Program-made: the position numbers and the translations under genes
DNA from: Candidatus Lindowbacteria bacterium RIFCSPLOWO2_12_FULL_62_27
GTDB taxonomy: Bacteria > Lindowbacteria > 2-12-FULL-62-27
Assembly (NCBI GenBank): GCA_001784175.1
Contig: MFPR01000003.1
Coordinates: 1-64,000 of the forward strand
Direction of reading: 5' to 3'
Length of the DNA stretch: 64,000 bases
Shown: positions 28,987-41,048 of the stretch, in pieces
Layout: each line of letters starts with the position of its first letter
Position numbering within the stretch: position 1 is the stretch's first letter
Notes under the pieces: model-generated
Told to the model about the DNA's origin: nothing
Seen by the model: the letters and a program-made list of their open reading frames with translations, nothing else
Database searches by the model: none

Positions 28987-29454
28987 ATGTCTCCTCTCCT
29001 GATATTTGTGTCGTCCGTCGTCCTGATGCTGGATCAACTGACCAAATGGCTGATCCGGACACACTTTCTGTTCGGCGAAACCCGGCCGGTCCTCGGCGGG
29101 GTCTTTCATCTGACCTATTATCAAAATACCGGCATGGCCTTCGGACTCATGCAGGGCTATTCCGCCGTCATCGCGGTTTTTAGCGTGCTGGCCATCGGAT
29201 TTCTGATTTATCTCTCGCGCCACTGGAGCGCCGGCGGGCCGCATGCGCGGCTCGTGCAGGTCAGCCTCGGCCTGATCGTCGGCGGCGCGTCCGGAAATCT
29301 CGTGGATCGCGTGGTGCTCTCGAGCGTGGTCGATTTCCTGGACTTCGGGATCGGCGAGTATCGCTGGCCGGCCTTTAATGTCGCCGACATCTGCATTTCG
29401 ACGGGCGTCGGGATGCTGGTGCTGTTTTCGGCCCAAAAAAAGGATCTTCCCTGA
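28987..29454 (+). CDS. lspA: Lipoprotein signal peptidase
   Basis: DQLTK, NTGMAFG, GNLVDR, VVDF, FNVAD. Confidence 0.95.
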   Translation: MSPLLIFVSSVVLMLDQLTKWLIRTHFLFGETRPVLGGVFHLTYYQNTGMAFGLMQGYSAVIAVFSVLAIGFLIYLSRHWSAGGPHARLVQVSLGLIVGGASGNLVDRVVLSSVVDFLDFGIGEYRWPAFNVADICISTGVGMLVLFSAQKKDLP

Positions 29455-30389
29455 CACAGCCTGCTGCCGATGATGCGGCGATTCCCCGGACAGTCTCCCT
29501 GCAGGGCGGGGAGCGCCTGGACAAGGAACTCTGCCAGGCGCTCGGGATTTCGCGCGAAGCCGCCAAACGACTGATCCTGTCGGGCCGCATTCGGATCGGG
29601 GGTTCGACCAAACATCATCCTGCGCGGCGGCTGGGCGGCCGGACCGACGCCGAAATTCTGCCGCCGCCGTCGCCGGCCGATCAGCCGCGCGCGCCGGCGC
29701 GCACGTTTCAGATCGAAGTCCTTTATGAAGATCACGATCTCCTCGCCATCAGCAAACCGGCGGGGCTCGCGGTCCATCCGGGCGCTGGCCGCGAACCCGT
29801 GACGCTGGTCGATCTTTTGCGGTCCAAGAACGTGCCGTTGGCCGACCTCTCGGATTCCTCCCGCGCGGGGCTGGTGCACCGCTTGGACAAGGAAACCAGC
29901 GGGATTCTCCTGATCGCAAAACACAATGCCGCCGCCGAGCATCTCATGCTCCAGTTTGCCGAACGCAAAATCTTGAAGGAGTACCGCGCCGCGGTCCGGG
30001 GACGGTTGCCGCGTCAAAAGATGACGATTGTCGGCGCCATCGGCCGCAGCCCGACCGACCGGAGAAAATTCGGGATCCGGCATGGCGGCCGGGACGCCGT
30101 GACGGAGATCGAGGCGATCGGCGTCTGCCCCACGGCGACGCTGGTCAAGGTCGTTCCCAAAACCGGCCGGACGCACCAGATCCGCGTGCATCTCAGGCAC
30201 GCCGGATTTCCGATTCTCGGCGATCCCGTCTACGGCGCCCGCGCGGAGGGCGTCGAACGGATGCTCCTGCACGCCTACCGGATCGTTTTCACGCATCCCG
30301 CCACGGGCGCGCGGATCCAGGCGATCGCGCCGCTGCCGAAAGATTTCGTCCTCGGTCTCATCCGTCTGGGATTTCCCGGATTTGATTGA
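29451..30389 (+). CDS. rluD: RluA-family pseudouridine synthase with an S4 domain (RluD-like); probable CTG start
   Basis: The frame upstream of 29799 encodes ERLDKELCQALGISRE (S4) and KPAGLAVHPG; catalytic HRLD; GRTHQIRVH. Confidence 0.88.
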   Translation: MTQPAADDAAIPRTVSLQGGERLDKELCQALGISREAAKRLILSGRIRIGGSTKHHPARRLGGRTDAEILPPPSPADQPRAPARTFQIEVLYEDHDLLAISKPAGLAVHPGAGREPVTLVDLLRSKNVPLADLSDSSRAGLVHRLDKETSGILLIAKHNAAAEHLMLQFAERKILKEYRAAVRGRLPRQKMTIVGAIGRSPTDRRKFGIRHGGRDAVTEIEAIGVCPTATLVKVVPKTGRTHQIRVHLRHAGFPILGDPVYGARAEGVERMLLHAYRIVFTHPATGARIQAIAPLPKDFVLGLIRLGFPGFD

Positions 30390-30435
30390 TGTTCAGTTGC
30401 GTATTTCCGCGAGGACGTAGTAAAGTCGGCGCTCT

Positions 30436-31209
30436 ATGGAATTGAAGACCGTGAAAGACCAGATGCGGACGGATGGCCGGGCGTGCGATGAGATGCGGCC
30501 CATCCAGATCCATCTCGGATATCAGGACGCGGGCGAAGGATCCGTGTTGATCGAGCAGGGCCGAACCCGCGTGCTCTGCACGGCCTCCGTCGAGCACACG
30601 CAGCCGCCGCATTTGAAGGGAACCGACCGGGGATGGGTGACTGCGGAGTATGGGATGCTGCCGCGGGCCAACCCTCATCGGCGCGCGCCCCGCGAGGCGG
30701 TCACAGGATACCGGAAGGGCCGCACGTACGAGATCGAGCGGATGATCGGCCGGGCGCTGCGGTCGGTGACGGACCTGAAAGCCGTGGGGCCGAGGACCGT
30801 CCATGTCGATTGCGATGTGCTCCAGGCGGATGGCGGAACGCGGACGGCCTCCATCATCGGCGGATTCATGGCCCTGGCGCAGGCGTTCCAGCGCGGCCGC
30901 GCGTCCGGCGTATTCAAGCGCCTGCCGGTCCGCGCCTACGTCGCCGCCGTGTCGGTGGGTCTGTCCGGCCGCGGCGCCATGCCGCGCCGGCCGATGATTG
31001 ATCTGACGTTTGAGGAGGATTCCAAAGCGGAGGTTGACATGAACGTCGTATGGACGTCCGAAGGCCGGCTCGCGGAAGTGGACGCGGCCGGCGAGGGATG
31101 CGCGTTTGACGAGCCGGATCTGGCGCAGCTTTTGGCGCTGTCGAAAACCGGCGCGGCGGCGCTCTTCGCGCTCGAACGAAAACTTCTGCCGCTCGAATTT
31201 CCCTCATGA
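30436..31209 (+). CDS. rph: Ribonuclease PH
   Basis: GWVTAEYGMLP, DCDVLQADGGTRTASI, DMNVV. Confidence 0.95.
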   Translation: MELKTVKDQMRTDGRACDEMRPIQIHLGYQDAGEGSVLIEQGRTRVLCTASVEHTQPPHLKGTDRGWVTAEYGMLPRANPHRRAPREAVTGYRKGRTYEIERMIGRALRSVTDLKAVGPRTVHVDCDVLQADGGTRTASIIGGFMALAQAFQRGRASGVFKRLPVRAYVAAVSVGLSGRGAMPRRPMIDLTFEEDSKAEVDMNVVWTSEGRLAEVDAAGEGCAFDEPDLAQLLALSKTGAAALFALERKLLPLEFPS

Positions 31210-31781
31210 TCAAACTGGTGCTTGCCACGCGCAATCGGGGCAAGCTGTCCGAGTTCGCCGCGCTCCTGGCGCCGCTTCAAGTGGAACTCGAGCTCATGCC
31301 GGACGGAATCGTTGTCGCGGAGGACGGGAAAACATATTTGGAGAACGCAACCCGCAAGGCCTCCGAAGTCGCCCGCCGGACGGGCCTTCAGGCGGTGGCG
31401 GACGATTCCGGGATCGAAGTGGACGCCCTCGACGGCGAGCCGGGGATTCATTCGGCGCGATTTCTCAACGGCGCGCCGGACGGGGAGAAATGCGCGCGGA
31501 TTCTGGAACTTCTGAGCGGCTCGGACCGGCGCGGCGCCCGCTTCGTCATCTCGCTGGTGCTGGCGGATCCCGACCGGATCCGGTTCAGCGTCACCGCTCA
31601 TGTTTCCGGCCGGATCGCCGACCAGCCGAGGGGGACCAACGGATTCGGGTACGATCCAATCTTTGTTCCGGAGGGCCACGACGAGACGATGGCGGAGCTT
31701 TCTCCGGCTGAAAAACACAGGATCTCCCACCGCGGGCAGGCCGCCCGGGCGCTGATCCGGTATTTGAAAGACGCAGCGTGA
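31206..31781 (+). CDS. rdgB: Non-canonical purine NTP pyrophosphatase
   Basis: ATRNRGK, DDSG, GFGYDP, SHR. Confidence 0.95.
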   Translation: MIKLVLATRNRGKLSEFAALLAPLQVELELMPDGIVVAEDGKTYLENATRKASEVARRTGLQAVADDSGIEVDALDGEPGIHSARFLNGAPDGEKCARILELLSGSDRRGARFVISLVLADPDRIRFSVTAHVSGRIADQPRGTNGFGYDPIFVPEGHDETMAELSPAEKHRISHRGQAARALIRYLKDAA

Positions 31782-33099
31782 AAATCGCCGTCGTTGGAAC
31801 CGGGTATGTCGGCCTCGTGACCGGCGTGTGTTTCGCAGATCTCGGCAACACGGTCATCGGCGTCGATTCGGACGAATCCAAAATCCGCCGGCTGCTGGCC
31901 GGCGAGTCGATCATCTTTGAGCCGGGCCTGGCCGAGATGCTGGCCACCAACATCAAACGCAAGCGCATCCGGTTCACGACGAACCTTCAGGAGGCGGTCG
32001 ACGCGTGCGAAGTCATTTTTATCGCAGTCGGCACGCCCCAGGATAAAAAGACCGGCGAGGCCGATCTGCGCTATGTCTGGCAGGTCGCCCGCGAACTCGG
32101 GCAGACGCTCCGGCCGGGCGCCACGCGGCGGATCGTCGTCAAGAGCACCGTGCCCGTGGGCACCACGGAATCGCTTGAGCGGCGGATCCGGGACACGCTG
32201 CGCCGCCGGCGCGTGAAGGCTGCGGTGACGGCCGCCTCGAACCCCGAGTTTCTGCGGGAAGGCAGCGCCGTCCGGGATTTCATGGAGCCGGACCGCGTGG
32301 TGATCGGGACGCGGGACACGAAAACCGCGTCGATCCTGACGGCGCTCTACAAACCGCTCGGCGCGCCCATCGTTTCGACGGATCCGCGAAGCTCCGAGAT
32401 GATCAAGTATGCGTCCAATGCGCTCCTGGCCGCCAGGATTTCGTTCATCAACGAGATCGCCAACATCTGCGAGTGCGTCGGCGCCAACATCCAGGAAGTG
32501 GCGGCCGGCGTCGGGATGGACAAGCGGATCGGCTCGCATTTCCTGGCGGCCGGCATCGGCTACGGCGGGTCATGTTTTCCGAAGGACACGGAAGCGCTCG
32601 TCTACATCGCGGGCCAGGGCAGCGTGCGGTCCCGGATCCTCGAATCGGTCGTCGCCGTCAACAAGGCCCAGCGCGTCCGGTTCCTCGATAAGATCCTGCA
32701 TTATTATCGCGGTCATGTGAAAGGCCGGCGGTTCGCCATCCTCGGGCTGGCCTTCAAGCCCAACACCGACGACATGCGGGAGGCGCCGTCGATCGACATC
32801 GTGCGCGGCCTCATCCGGCGCGGCGCGCGCGTGGCCGCCTACGATCCCGTCGCGATTTCCATCGCGCGGCCCCTGATGCCGGCCGGCGTGGAGTATGCGT
32901 CCGATCCTTACGGCGCCGCCAAGGGCGCGCAGGCTGCGGTGATTCTCACGGAGTGGAACGAGTTCAAGGAGCTCGACCTGCGCCGGCTGAAGCGCCTCCT
33001 GAAAACCCCGGTCGTCTTTGACGGCCGCAACATTTTTCCCCTGGAGAACATGCAGAAACTCGGGTTCCGGTACATTTCCGTCGGCCGCCGCGAAGTCTA

Positions 33100-33100
<1 letters not shown>
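31778..33100 (+). CDS. ugd: UDP-glucose 6-dehydrogenase
   Basis: [34 protein letters not shown]. Confidence 0.95.
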
Positions 33101-34029
<929 letters not shown>

Positions 34030-34106
34030 GCCCCGCCCGGCCACTCCGGGCGCCCTTCACTTGCCCCACCCGCCTCTCCATATTATATATAGGGCTTCGA
34101 ACTCGG

Positions 34107-34179
34107 GGCGCCATCGTCTAGGGGCCTAGGACGGAGCCCTCTCAAGGCTCAAACACGGGTTCAAATCCCGTTGGCGCTA
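34107..34179 (+). tRNA. tRNA-Glu(CTC)
   Basis: GGCGCCA acceptor stem, GAGCC-CTCTCAA-GGCTC anticodon arm, GTTCAAA T loop. Confidence 0.96.
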
Positions 34180-34258
34180 TTCAAATCTGGGCAATCGAAT
34201 CGCGGCCTTCCCGATTTGGCCTCTTGCGATTCGTCCCGGCTCTTGATTCCATGCCCCT

Positions 34259-34867
34259 ATGCAAAATCAAAATTCCTTACAGCCACTGGCGGCTTGCCTG
34301 AATTGGTTTGCCGCGGCGGAATTGGCTTCGTATGCGCCTGAAGTTTCGGAGAGCAGAGACGTGTTTCAAGGCAGGCTGGAGCGGGTGGTGGCCGATCCCG
34401 GCGTTGCCCGGATGGACACGCAATCTCTTTCGCTCATTCTGGCCGTCACGGGGGAAATCGGCAATAACTGCTTCGACCACAACCTCGGACAATGGCGGGA
34501 TCAGCCGGGATGCTGGTTCGGCCTGTCCAGTACCGCCGAATCCGTCGTCATCTGGGTTGCGGACCGGGGGCAGGGGTTTTGCTCGACGCTTCGCCGGGTT
34601 CTTCCGGATATCGGGAGCGACCAGAACGCGATAGAGATCGCGTACGAGCAAGTTATTTCCGGCCGGTATCCCGAACGCCGCGGCAATGGCCTGAAGTTCG
34701 TCCGGAATGTGATTAACGGAAATCCGGATAAGGGATTGTACTGCTGTTCGGGGAGCGGGCGGCTTGGGTTCGGCGGGGCATGTGGTGAATTGGAGACGCT
34801 GGCCGCAGGCTCCGGATTGTCCGCGGGATTGGGCGTGTTCACCGTCCTCCAGTGGAGGTTTCCATGA
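34259..34867 (+). CDS. GHKL/HATPase-like protein (anti-sigma-kinase type)
   Basis: GEIGNNCFDH (N box), ADRGQG (G1), RGNGL (G2). Confidence 0.75.
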   Translation: MQNQNSLQPLAACLNWFAAAELASYAPEVSESRDVFQGRLERVVADPGVARMDTQSLSLILAVTGEIGNNCFDHNLGQWRDQPGCWFGLSSTAESVVIWVADRGQGFCSTLRRVLPDIGSDQNAIEIAYEQVISGRYPERRGNGLKFVRNVINGNPDKGLYCCSGSGRLGFGGACGELETLAAGSGLSAGLGVFTVLQWRFP

Positions 34868-35127
34868 GGATCCGCATCGAGAAGTTTGGCAAGGTGCTTG
34901 TATCCCGCCCCGCGGGCCGGGAGGCTCTCCTTGTGATGCTGTCCGCATTCCGGCCGGCCGGCGACACTGAACCGCTAGAACTGGATTTCTCCGATTGTCT
35001 CTCCATCGCCCCGTCATGGCTGGACGAAGTCTTGACCGGCCTGAAAAAGGAGTACGGCGAGCGCGTCGTGGTTCTTCCCTCCGCCAACCGCTCGCTTGTG
35101 GAGTCGTTGCGGATGATCGGGACGTAG
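34864..35127 (+). CDS. STAS-like (DUF4325) protein
   Basis: LVSRPAGRE, LDFSDC..IAPSWLDE; ATGA-coupled to the ATPase gene. Confidence 0.75.
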   Translation: MRIRIEKFGKVLVSRPAGREALLVMLSAFRPAGDTEPLELDFSDCLSIAPSWLDEVLTGLKKEYGERVVVLPSANRSLVESLRMIGT

Positions 35128-35218
35128 TTTCGGGACTAAACGCTATCGAGGCGGGCTACCCAAAGTTCCTCTTCAAATCCTATTGGACAAATAGTTACAA
35201 ATTTGATACGGTTATGTC

Positions 35219-35410
35219 GTGGGCAAAATACGGAGAGGCAATTGCATCTTCGTGAGCTGGGTGGGAGATCACGGCCATCACGTTCACGTCTATCGGGATG
35301 GGAAACTCGTTTTGAAATGGGACTTGGATGAAAACCGTGCGATCAAAGGCCGGATCACAGGTAAACTAAGAAAGCTGATCGACCAGCTTCGAAAGGAAGG
35401 ACTCTTATGA
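35219..35410 (+). CDS. DUF4160-like putative toxin, copy 1
   Basis: 63 aa, WVGDHGHHVHVY; promoter TGGACA-17-TACGGT-6-GTG. Confidence 0.7.
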   Translation: MGKIRRGNCIFVSWVGDHGHHVHVYRDGKLVLKWDLDENRAIKGRITGKLRKLIDQLRKEGLL

Positions 35411-35874
35411 AAATCAGAAAGGTTGAGGTGAATAACCGCAAGAAATGTTTTGAACTCGTCACGTCGGATGGCCGCGTGCTGGAATATCCTTATTCCAGGC
35501 TTCGGATCAAGCCGTCGGCGAACGACAGAATCGCGGATGTTCGGGTGGACCCGGAAGTCGGCGGTGAGGGATTCACCTACGTCCTGGGATCTGGCAAGGA
35601 GGATACGATTGTCTTGGATCAGGTACTCGAATACAACAAGGATACCGATTACCTGCGGGACATGCTCCTCTACAAACTTTCCCTGAAGGCCCAAAAATTG
35701 GTGCGTGAGCGTGGCGTCAGCAAACGCGAGATCGCCCGCCGGCTCCACACGTCACCCGTCCAGCTCTACCGCCTCCTGGATCAGACATTCGCGGGAAAGA
35801 CCCTCGACCAGTTGGTGCGCCTGCTCGCCGCGCTGGATTGCCCGGTGGACGTGGTTTTCAAGAAGGCGGCCTGA
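35407..35874 (+). CDS. Putative antitoxin (DUF2442-like + XRE HTH), copy 1
   Basis: ATGA overlap; VSKREIARRLHTSPVQLYRLL HTH. Confidence 0.75.
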   Translation: MKIRKVEVNNRKKCFELVTSDGRVLEYPYSRLRIKPSANDRIADVRVDPEVGGEGFTYVLGSGKEDTIVLDQVLEYNKDTDYLRDMLLYKLSLKAQKLVRERGVSKREIARRLHTSPVQLYRLLDQTFAGKTLDQLVRLLAALDCPVDVVFKKAA

Positions 35875-35885
35875 TTTCAGCGATT

Positions 35886-35965
35886 CTCATCGCTCCCTGT
35901 CACGCCAAATCAGGATTTGCCATGGATGGCAAATCGACCAGCACAAGCAACAGGGACCAAATGAG
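35886..35965 (+). repeat. GGATG-hairpin element related to the tRNA-linked repeats
   Basis: Nested inverted repeats: ctcat..tccctgt...gatttgccatggatggcaaatc...acaggga..atgag. Confidence 0.65.
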
Positions 35966-36012
35966 ACTCGCCCTCTGAAACCGGCTTTAAGTACTCGAAT
36001 ACACAGGCTGCC

Positions 36013-36210
36013 TCAAACAGCAATTTTTTCAATCAGCGCGCCTTTAGGTGGTTGAGCATTCAATGCCAGCAAATCCTGGGCGCCGATTTTCAGGGATTCG
36101 ACCAATTTTTCCTTGGTTCGCTCCTGCGCGTTGACGCCGGGAATATCCATCAGCCAGCCGACCCACCAGCCGCCCTTTTTCAGAACAACCGCGCGATATT
36201 CCATCGTCAT
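36013..36210 (-). CDS. hicB: HicB-family antitoxin (short)
   Basis: YRAVV..GGWWVGW..DIPGVNAQERT. Confidence 0.88.
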   Translation of the reverse strand: MTMEYRAVVLKKGGWWVGWLMDIPGVNAQERTKEKLVESLKIGAQDLLALNAQPPKGALIEKIAV

Positions 36211-36392
36211 CCCCTCCTGAATGGAATTTGCAGATCCTTGCAAATTTTCTTCGCGAGGATGTCAACGATTTCGCGATGCCGGGGAACCTCCGTAAATCGA
36301 TTCTCTTTCCGGTATATCGTGTGCCGCCTTCCCTCCCGTACGAACTCGGCCCCGTTTTCACGCAGCCATTTGATCAGTCCAGCACGCTTCAC
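36207..36392 (-). CDS. hicA: HicA-family toxin
   Basis: REGRRHTIY, VPRHREI, KICKDL. Confidence 0.9.
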   Translation of the reverse strand: MKRAGLIKWLRENGAEFVREGRRHTIYRKENRFTEVPRHREIVDILAKKICKDLQIPFRRG

Positions 36393-36493
36393 CTGTCCAT
36401 CCTCGTCTTAAGTATACCTGATATTTTTCGTGTGGCAATTACAGCGGACATCCGGTCTTCCACGCTATCCTCCATCATGATACTTTCCCGCTT

Positions 36494-39400
36494 ATGAACT
36501 CAACCCCCCGGAAGAAATCATTCATGATCGTCGCGGCCTTCTCCGCCGCCGGCGCCGTCGTGGGCCTCTTGCTGTTTGCGTCCATCCGGAATATCGAAAG
36601 GCGCAACACGCAGGACCGCTTTTCGATACTGGCGGATGACCGACACGACGCGGTCCGGAAAAAACTCGAAGTCAGCCTCGATTTTCTCCGGGGTCTGGCG
36701 AGTTTCTTTTACGCCAGCGAGCGCGTCACCGCCGGTGAATTCAATACCTACGCCCGGGAGATCGTATCCCGGCGGGATGAGATCACCAGCATGGAATGGA
36801 TTCCCCGCGTCGCCGGCGCCGACCGCGCGGCCTTCGAGAAAGAGGCGCAACAGGAGGGCGGGGACTTTCAGATCTTCGAATTGAAATCCGAAGGCGGGGT
36901 GGCGACCGCCGGAAAACGCTATGAATACTATCCCCTGCGCTACGTCGAGCCCTTTGAGGAAAATCGGAGCGTCTGGGGAATGGACTACGCCGCCCGCGCG
37001 ATCCGGTGGTCGACCATGCAGGCCTCGCGCGACGCCGGCGAACCGATGATGACGCCACGACTGACGCTCCAGAAACATTTCGTCGATCGGGCTGACAGGA
37101 CCGGGATTCTGGTCTTTCAGCCGCTTTACAGTTCGAGGGATCCGCAGACACCGGATGAACGCCGCCGGACTATCCGCGGGTTTGTCGCGGCTGTCTATCT
37201 GATGGATGAGATCGTGCTGTCCACCTTTCCGGGCATGGAAGACCGGGATATGGACATCTATCTTTACGAGGACACGCCCGATACCGGCCCGTTCACGTTC
37301 CGATACTATGGCCCGGCCGACCGGAAAATCGCGGCTACCGACACCGGAGACCTTCGCTCGGCCGTGGACGAGGATATTTCCTGGAAGGGATCGATCGAAA
37401 TGGCGGGCCGCCGGTGGGCGCTTCTCTACAGAGCCACGCCCTCCTTTATGGAAAGTCACCGCTCCTGGCTGCCATACATGGCGATGCTCGTGTGTTTCAT
37501 CGGGTTTTTTCTTCTCGGCGCCTACATCGCATCACTTCAATCCCGGGCGGCGCTCATCGAGCAAACGGTCCAGATTCGGACGCGGGAACTTCAGGATGAG
37601 ATCAAGACACGCATGCGAGTGGAGGAGAAACTCAAGGAGGCCAAAGCCTCGGCGGAATCGGCGAACCGCGCCAAGAGCCAGTTTCTGGCGAACATGAGCC
37701 ACGAAATCCGCACGCCCATGAACGCGATCATCGGGATGACCGAGTTGGCGCTCGACACCGACCTGACGCCCATCCAGCGCGATTATCTCGATTCCGTGAA
37801 AGTATCGGCGGCGGCGCTCCTCAACGTCATCAACAATATTCTCGACTTCTCCAAGATCGAGGCCGGGAAGCTGGAACTCGATAACGAGGAATTCGACCTC
37901 TACGAAGTCGTCGGGCATGCCGTGAAACTTCTGTCTCACCGCGCCCACCAGAAAAAACTGGAACTGGTCTGCCGGATTTCGCCCGACGTTCCGCAGCGAA
38001 CCGTCGGCGACGCCATGCGCCTCCGGCAGATCCTCATCAATCTTCTCGGAAACGCCGTCAAATTCACCGACCACGGGGAAATCATCCTGTCCGTTTCGCC
38101 CGAATCGTCGCCGGACCGCCGCGTGTCGCTTCATTTCTCCGTATCCGACACCGGCGTCGGCATTCCGCCCGAAAAACAGCGGGCGGTGTTCGAAGCCTTC
38201 GCGCAGGCCGACATGACGTCCACCCGCCGGTTCGAAGGCACGGGGCTTGGTCTCGCCATCTGCCGGAGTCTTGTCAATCTCATGGAGGGACGCATCTGGG
38301 TGGAAAGCGCGGCCGGCAAGGGCAGTGTCTTTCATTTTACGGCGCGGTTCGGGCCGGCCGGCGAAAAGCAGGAACTTCTTCCCGGGCCCGTCGAAAATCT
38401 TTCGGTCCTCGTGGTGGACGACAACGTCACGAATTGCCGGATCCTCATGGAGTGGCTGACCAGTTGGAAAATGAATCCCAAGGCCGTGTACTCGGGCGCG
38501 ATGGCGCTGGAGGAACTGCGAAGCGCTGCGCGGTCCGGCAAGAAATACGACCTTCTTCTGATCGACGTCCAAATGCCGGACATGGATGGATTGACGCTGG
38601 TGGAACGGATTCAGCATGACCCGGCGCATTCCGGCATGCTGATCATGATGCTTTCCTCCATCGACCAGTCCGACGTCGTCCGCCGATGCCGGGAACTTCA
38701 GGTGGCCTCGTATCTTGTCAAACCCATCACGCCTTCCGATTTGCTCAATGCCTTGACCGCGGTTGTCCGCCGGCCGAATATCGTTCCGGCCGCCGCCGGG
38801 CAGTCCTTGTCCGCCTTGAACGCCGCACCCCGCCGCAAGCTTCGCGTCCTTGTCGGCGAGGACAATCCCATGAATCAGAAATTGCTTTCGGAACTTCTGA
38901 AAAAAAGGGGGCACACGTTCGTCCTCGCCGATGATGGCGATGCCGTCTTGTCGACATATCAGTCCGAATCCTTTGACGTCATTCTCATGGACATCCAGAT
39001 GCCCGGCATGGACGGATTTCAGGCCACCGCAGCCATCCGCGAGATCGAACGCCAAACTGGCCGGCGCGTGCCGATCGTCGCCCAGACCGCGCACGCGATC
39101 AAAGGTGACCGGGAACGGTGTCTGGCCGCGGGCATGGACGAGTACGTGTCAAAACCAATCGACCCCAGGCAATTTCTGTCACTCGTCGAGCGCGTCGCGG
39201 GTGAGAAGCCGGGTCCGACCGTCCGGCCCGCCGTGGATGTCGAAAAAATCGTGGCCGGCCTTGATGGAGACCGGAAACTCTTTTCGGAATTGGTTGACCT
39301 GTTTTTTACGAATTGCCCGTTACAGATGGCGGCAATCGAGTCGGCGGTTCGGGATGGCGATGCCGCCGGACTTCGAAAGGCCGCGCACAAACTGAAAGGC

Positions 39401-39604
39401 ACGGTCGGGACGTTCAAGGACGAGGAATCGGCCGCATCCGCGTTGCGCCTCGAACAAATTGGCGCGTCCGGAGACCTGGCAGACGCCCGCGCGCCGCTGG
39501 ATGGCCTTCGCTCGGCGGTTGACCGCCTGACGCGCGAGCTTATACCCTATCGCTCGTCGGAGACATGGGGAGGCCACGAACCAGATGAAAATTCTATTTC
39601 TTGA
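36494..39604 (+). CDS. Hybrid sensor kinase CHASE-HisKA-HATPase-REC-REC-HPt
   Basis: Two TM helices flanking a CHASE-like domain; [20 protein letters not shown]; two DxxMP receiver domains; AHKLKG. Confidence 0.93.
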   Translation: MNSTPRKKSFMIVAAFSAAGAVVGLLLFASIRNIERRNTQDRFSILADDRHDAVRKKLEVSLDFLRGLASFFYASERVTAGEFNTYAREIVSRRDEITSMEWIPRVAGADRAAFEKEAQQEGGDFQIFELKSEGGVATAGKRYEYYPLRYVEPFEENRSVWGMDYAARAIRWSTMQASRDAGEPMMTPRLTLQKHFVDRADRTGILVFQPLYSSRDPQTPDERRRTIRGFVAAVYLMDEIVLSTFPGMEDRDMDIYLYEDTPDTGPFTFRYYGPADRKIAATDTGDLRSAVDEDISWKGSIEMAGRRWALLYRATPSFMESHRSWLPYMAMLVCFIGFFLLGAYIASLQSRAALIEQTVQIRTRELQDEIKTRMRVEEKLKEAKASAESANRAKSQFLANMSHEIRTPMNAIIGMTELALDTDLTPIQRDYLDSVKVSAAALLNVINNILDFSKIEAGKLELDNEEFDLYEVVGHAVKLLSHRAHQKKLELVCRISPDVPQRTVGDAMRLRQILINLLGNAVKFTDHGEIILSVSPESSPDRRVSLHFSVSDTGVGIPPEKQRAVFEAFAQADMTSTRRFEGTGLGLAICRSLVNLMEGRIWVESAAGKGSVFHFTARFGPAGEKQELLPGPVENLSVLVVDDNVTNCRILMEWLTSWKMNPKAVYSGAMALEELRSAARSGKKYDLLLIDVQMPDMDGLTLVERIQHDPAHSGMLIMMLSSIDQSDVVRRCRELQVASYLVKPITPSDLLNALTAVVRRPNIVPAAAGQSLSALNAAPRRKLRVLVGEDNPMNQKLLSELLKKRGHTFVLADDGDAVLSTYQSESFDVILMDIQMPGMDGFQATAAIREIERQTGRRVPIVAQTAHAIKGDRERCLAAGMDEYVSKPIDPRQFLSLVERVAGEKPGPTVRPAVDVEKIVAGLDGDRKLFSELVDLFFTNCPLQMAAIESAVRDGDAAGLRKAAHKLKGTVGTFKDEESAASALRLEQIGASGDLADARAPLDGLRSAVDRLTRELIPYRSSETWGGHEPDENSIS

Positions 39605-40646
39605 AGACAACCCGCTGGACTCCCGGAGGATTTCGGGACTGCTGGCGAAAGAATCCGCCGACGTCGATGTGGATGCCGTCGAGACTCTTGCCGATGCGGT
39701 GTCGCGCTTGCGGCAAGTCCAATACGACGCCATCCTGACGGACCTCAATGTCCCCGATTCGGAGGGACTCGATACGTTTCTAAAATTCCAGGAATCGGCT
39801 CCCCGGATGCCGATTGTGGTTCTGACCGGCCAACACCAGGACGAGTCGACGGCGATGGACGCCGTTCACCGCGGCGCCCAGGATTTTCTGACCAAGGACG
39901 ACCTGTCGGGGAAAGTCCTCCGGCGAACCTTGAAATACGCGATCGAGCGCAAACAGATGGAAAATCTCCGCCAGTCCTTCGTGTCCATCGTCACGCACGA
40001 GCTGAACACGCCGATTTCGGTCATCCACGGCGCCGTCGACAATCTGAAAGAGGGGTTTCTGGGAGCGCTGAACGAAGCGCAGCAAAAGTATCTTGACATG
40101 ATCGGCAGCAACGCGAAACGCCTGCACCGCCTGTCGAACGACATCCACGATCTGACAAAACTGGAGGGTGGCCGGTTCCATCTGAACGTGGGCGAAATCG
40201 ATCTGTGTCTGCCCCTGCGAAACGTCTGCGATTCGCTTGAGGGATTGTCCCGACAGCGGGGCGTGCGCATTGAACCGAATCTTCCCGGTACCGTTCGTAT
40301 TTCCGCGGACGAGGAGCGGATCGAGCAGGTATTCACAAACGTCATCAAAAACGCCGTGCGGTTCGCCGATGCCCGCGTCGATGTGAATATCGAGGCCGAT
40401 GAAACCCAGGTCCGCGTGGCCGTGGAGGACGACGGTCCCGGATTGGATCCGGTGGATCTGCCGATGTTGTTTCAGCCCTTCTATCAGGGCAAGCAGAAAA
40501 AGGCGGCGGACGGGGGAAGCGGCCTCGGGCTGGCGATCGTCCGGGGGATCGTTATGGCGCACGGCGGAACGATTGAGGCGTCCAACCGTCCGGACCGGCG
40601 CGGCGCGCGGTTCGTTGTGACCCTGCCAAAATCCAAAGGAGGTTGA
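39585..40646 (+). CDS. REC-HisKA-HATPase hybrid kinase
   Basis: [36 protein letters not shown]. Confidence 0.92.
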   Translation: MKILFLEDNPLDSRRISGLLAKESADVDVDAVETLADAVSRLRQVQYDAILTDLNVPDSEGLDTFLKFQESAPRMPIVVLTGQHQDESTAMDAVHRGAQDFLTKDDLSGKVLRRTLKYAIERKQMENLRQSFVSIVTHELNTPISVIHGAVDNLKEGFLGALNEAQQKYLDMIGSNAKRLHRLSNDIHDLTKLEGGRFHLNVGEIDLCLPLRNVCDSLEGLSRQRGVRIEPNLPGTVRISADEERIEQVFTNVIKNAVRFADARVDVNIEADETQVRVAVEDDGPGLDPVDLPMLFQPFYQGKQKKAADGGSGLGLAIVRGIVMAHGGTIEASNRPDRRGARFVVTLPKSKGG

Positions 40647-40649
40647 CAG

Positions 40650-41018
40650 ATGGCCAAACGCATTCTGATGATCGATGACGAGCCGAACACGATTGAGGTG
40701 GTCGGAGACCGTCTGAAGGAGATGGGATACGAATTCGAGGGCCGGTCGAATCCGAAGGAAGGCCAGTGGGCCACGTCCAAGACCCGGCCGGACCTCATCG
40801 TCCTCGACATCAACATGCCGGGCTGGAACGACGGCATCGGGTTTCTGGACAGCATCCGGCATCATCCCAATCTGCTCGGCATTCCCATCGTCATCTACAC
40901 GTCGTTGAACATCCGGGAGCTTCGCCGTGGCGCGGAGGAGGCGGGGGCGTCCGGGTATTACCAAAAATTGTCGGAAGACAAGGCGTTTTACGACAAGATC
41001 GAAAAATTGCTCGGTTGA
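40650..41018 (+). CDS. Single-domain response regulator
   Basis: IDDE, LDINMP, YTS, YYQK. Confidence 0.9.
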   Translation: MAKRILMIDDEPNTIEVVGDRLKEMGYEFEGRSNPKEGQWATSKTRPDLIVLDINMPGWNDGIGFLDSIRHHPNLLGIPIVIYTSLNIRELRRGAEEAGASGYYQKLSEDKAFYDKIEKLLG

Positions 41019-41048
41019 TTCGGCGTCGGCGAAGGACTTCCCGCGCCG

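Larger units (their letters stand above)
35182..35878 (+). repeat. ~697-bp direct repeat, copy 1 (promoter + TA pair)
   Basis: Aligns end to end with 41944-42640, with scattered substitutions. Confidence 0.95.
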
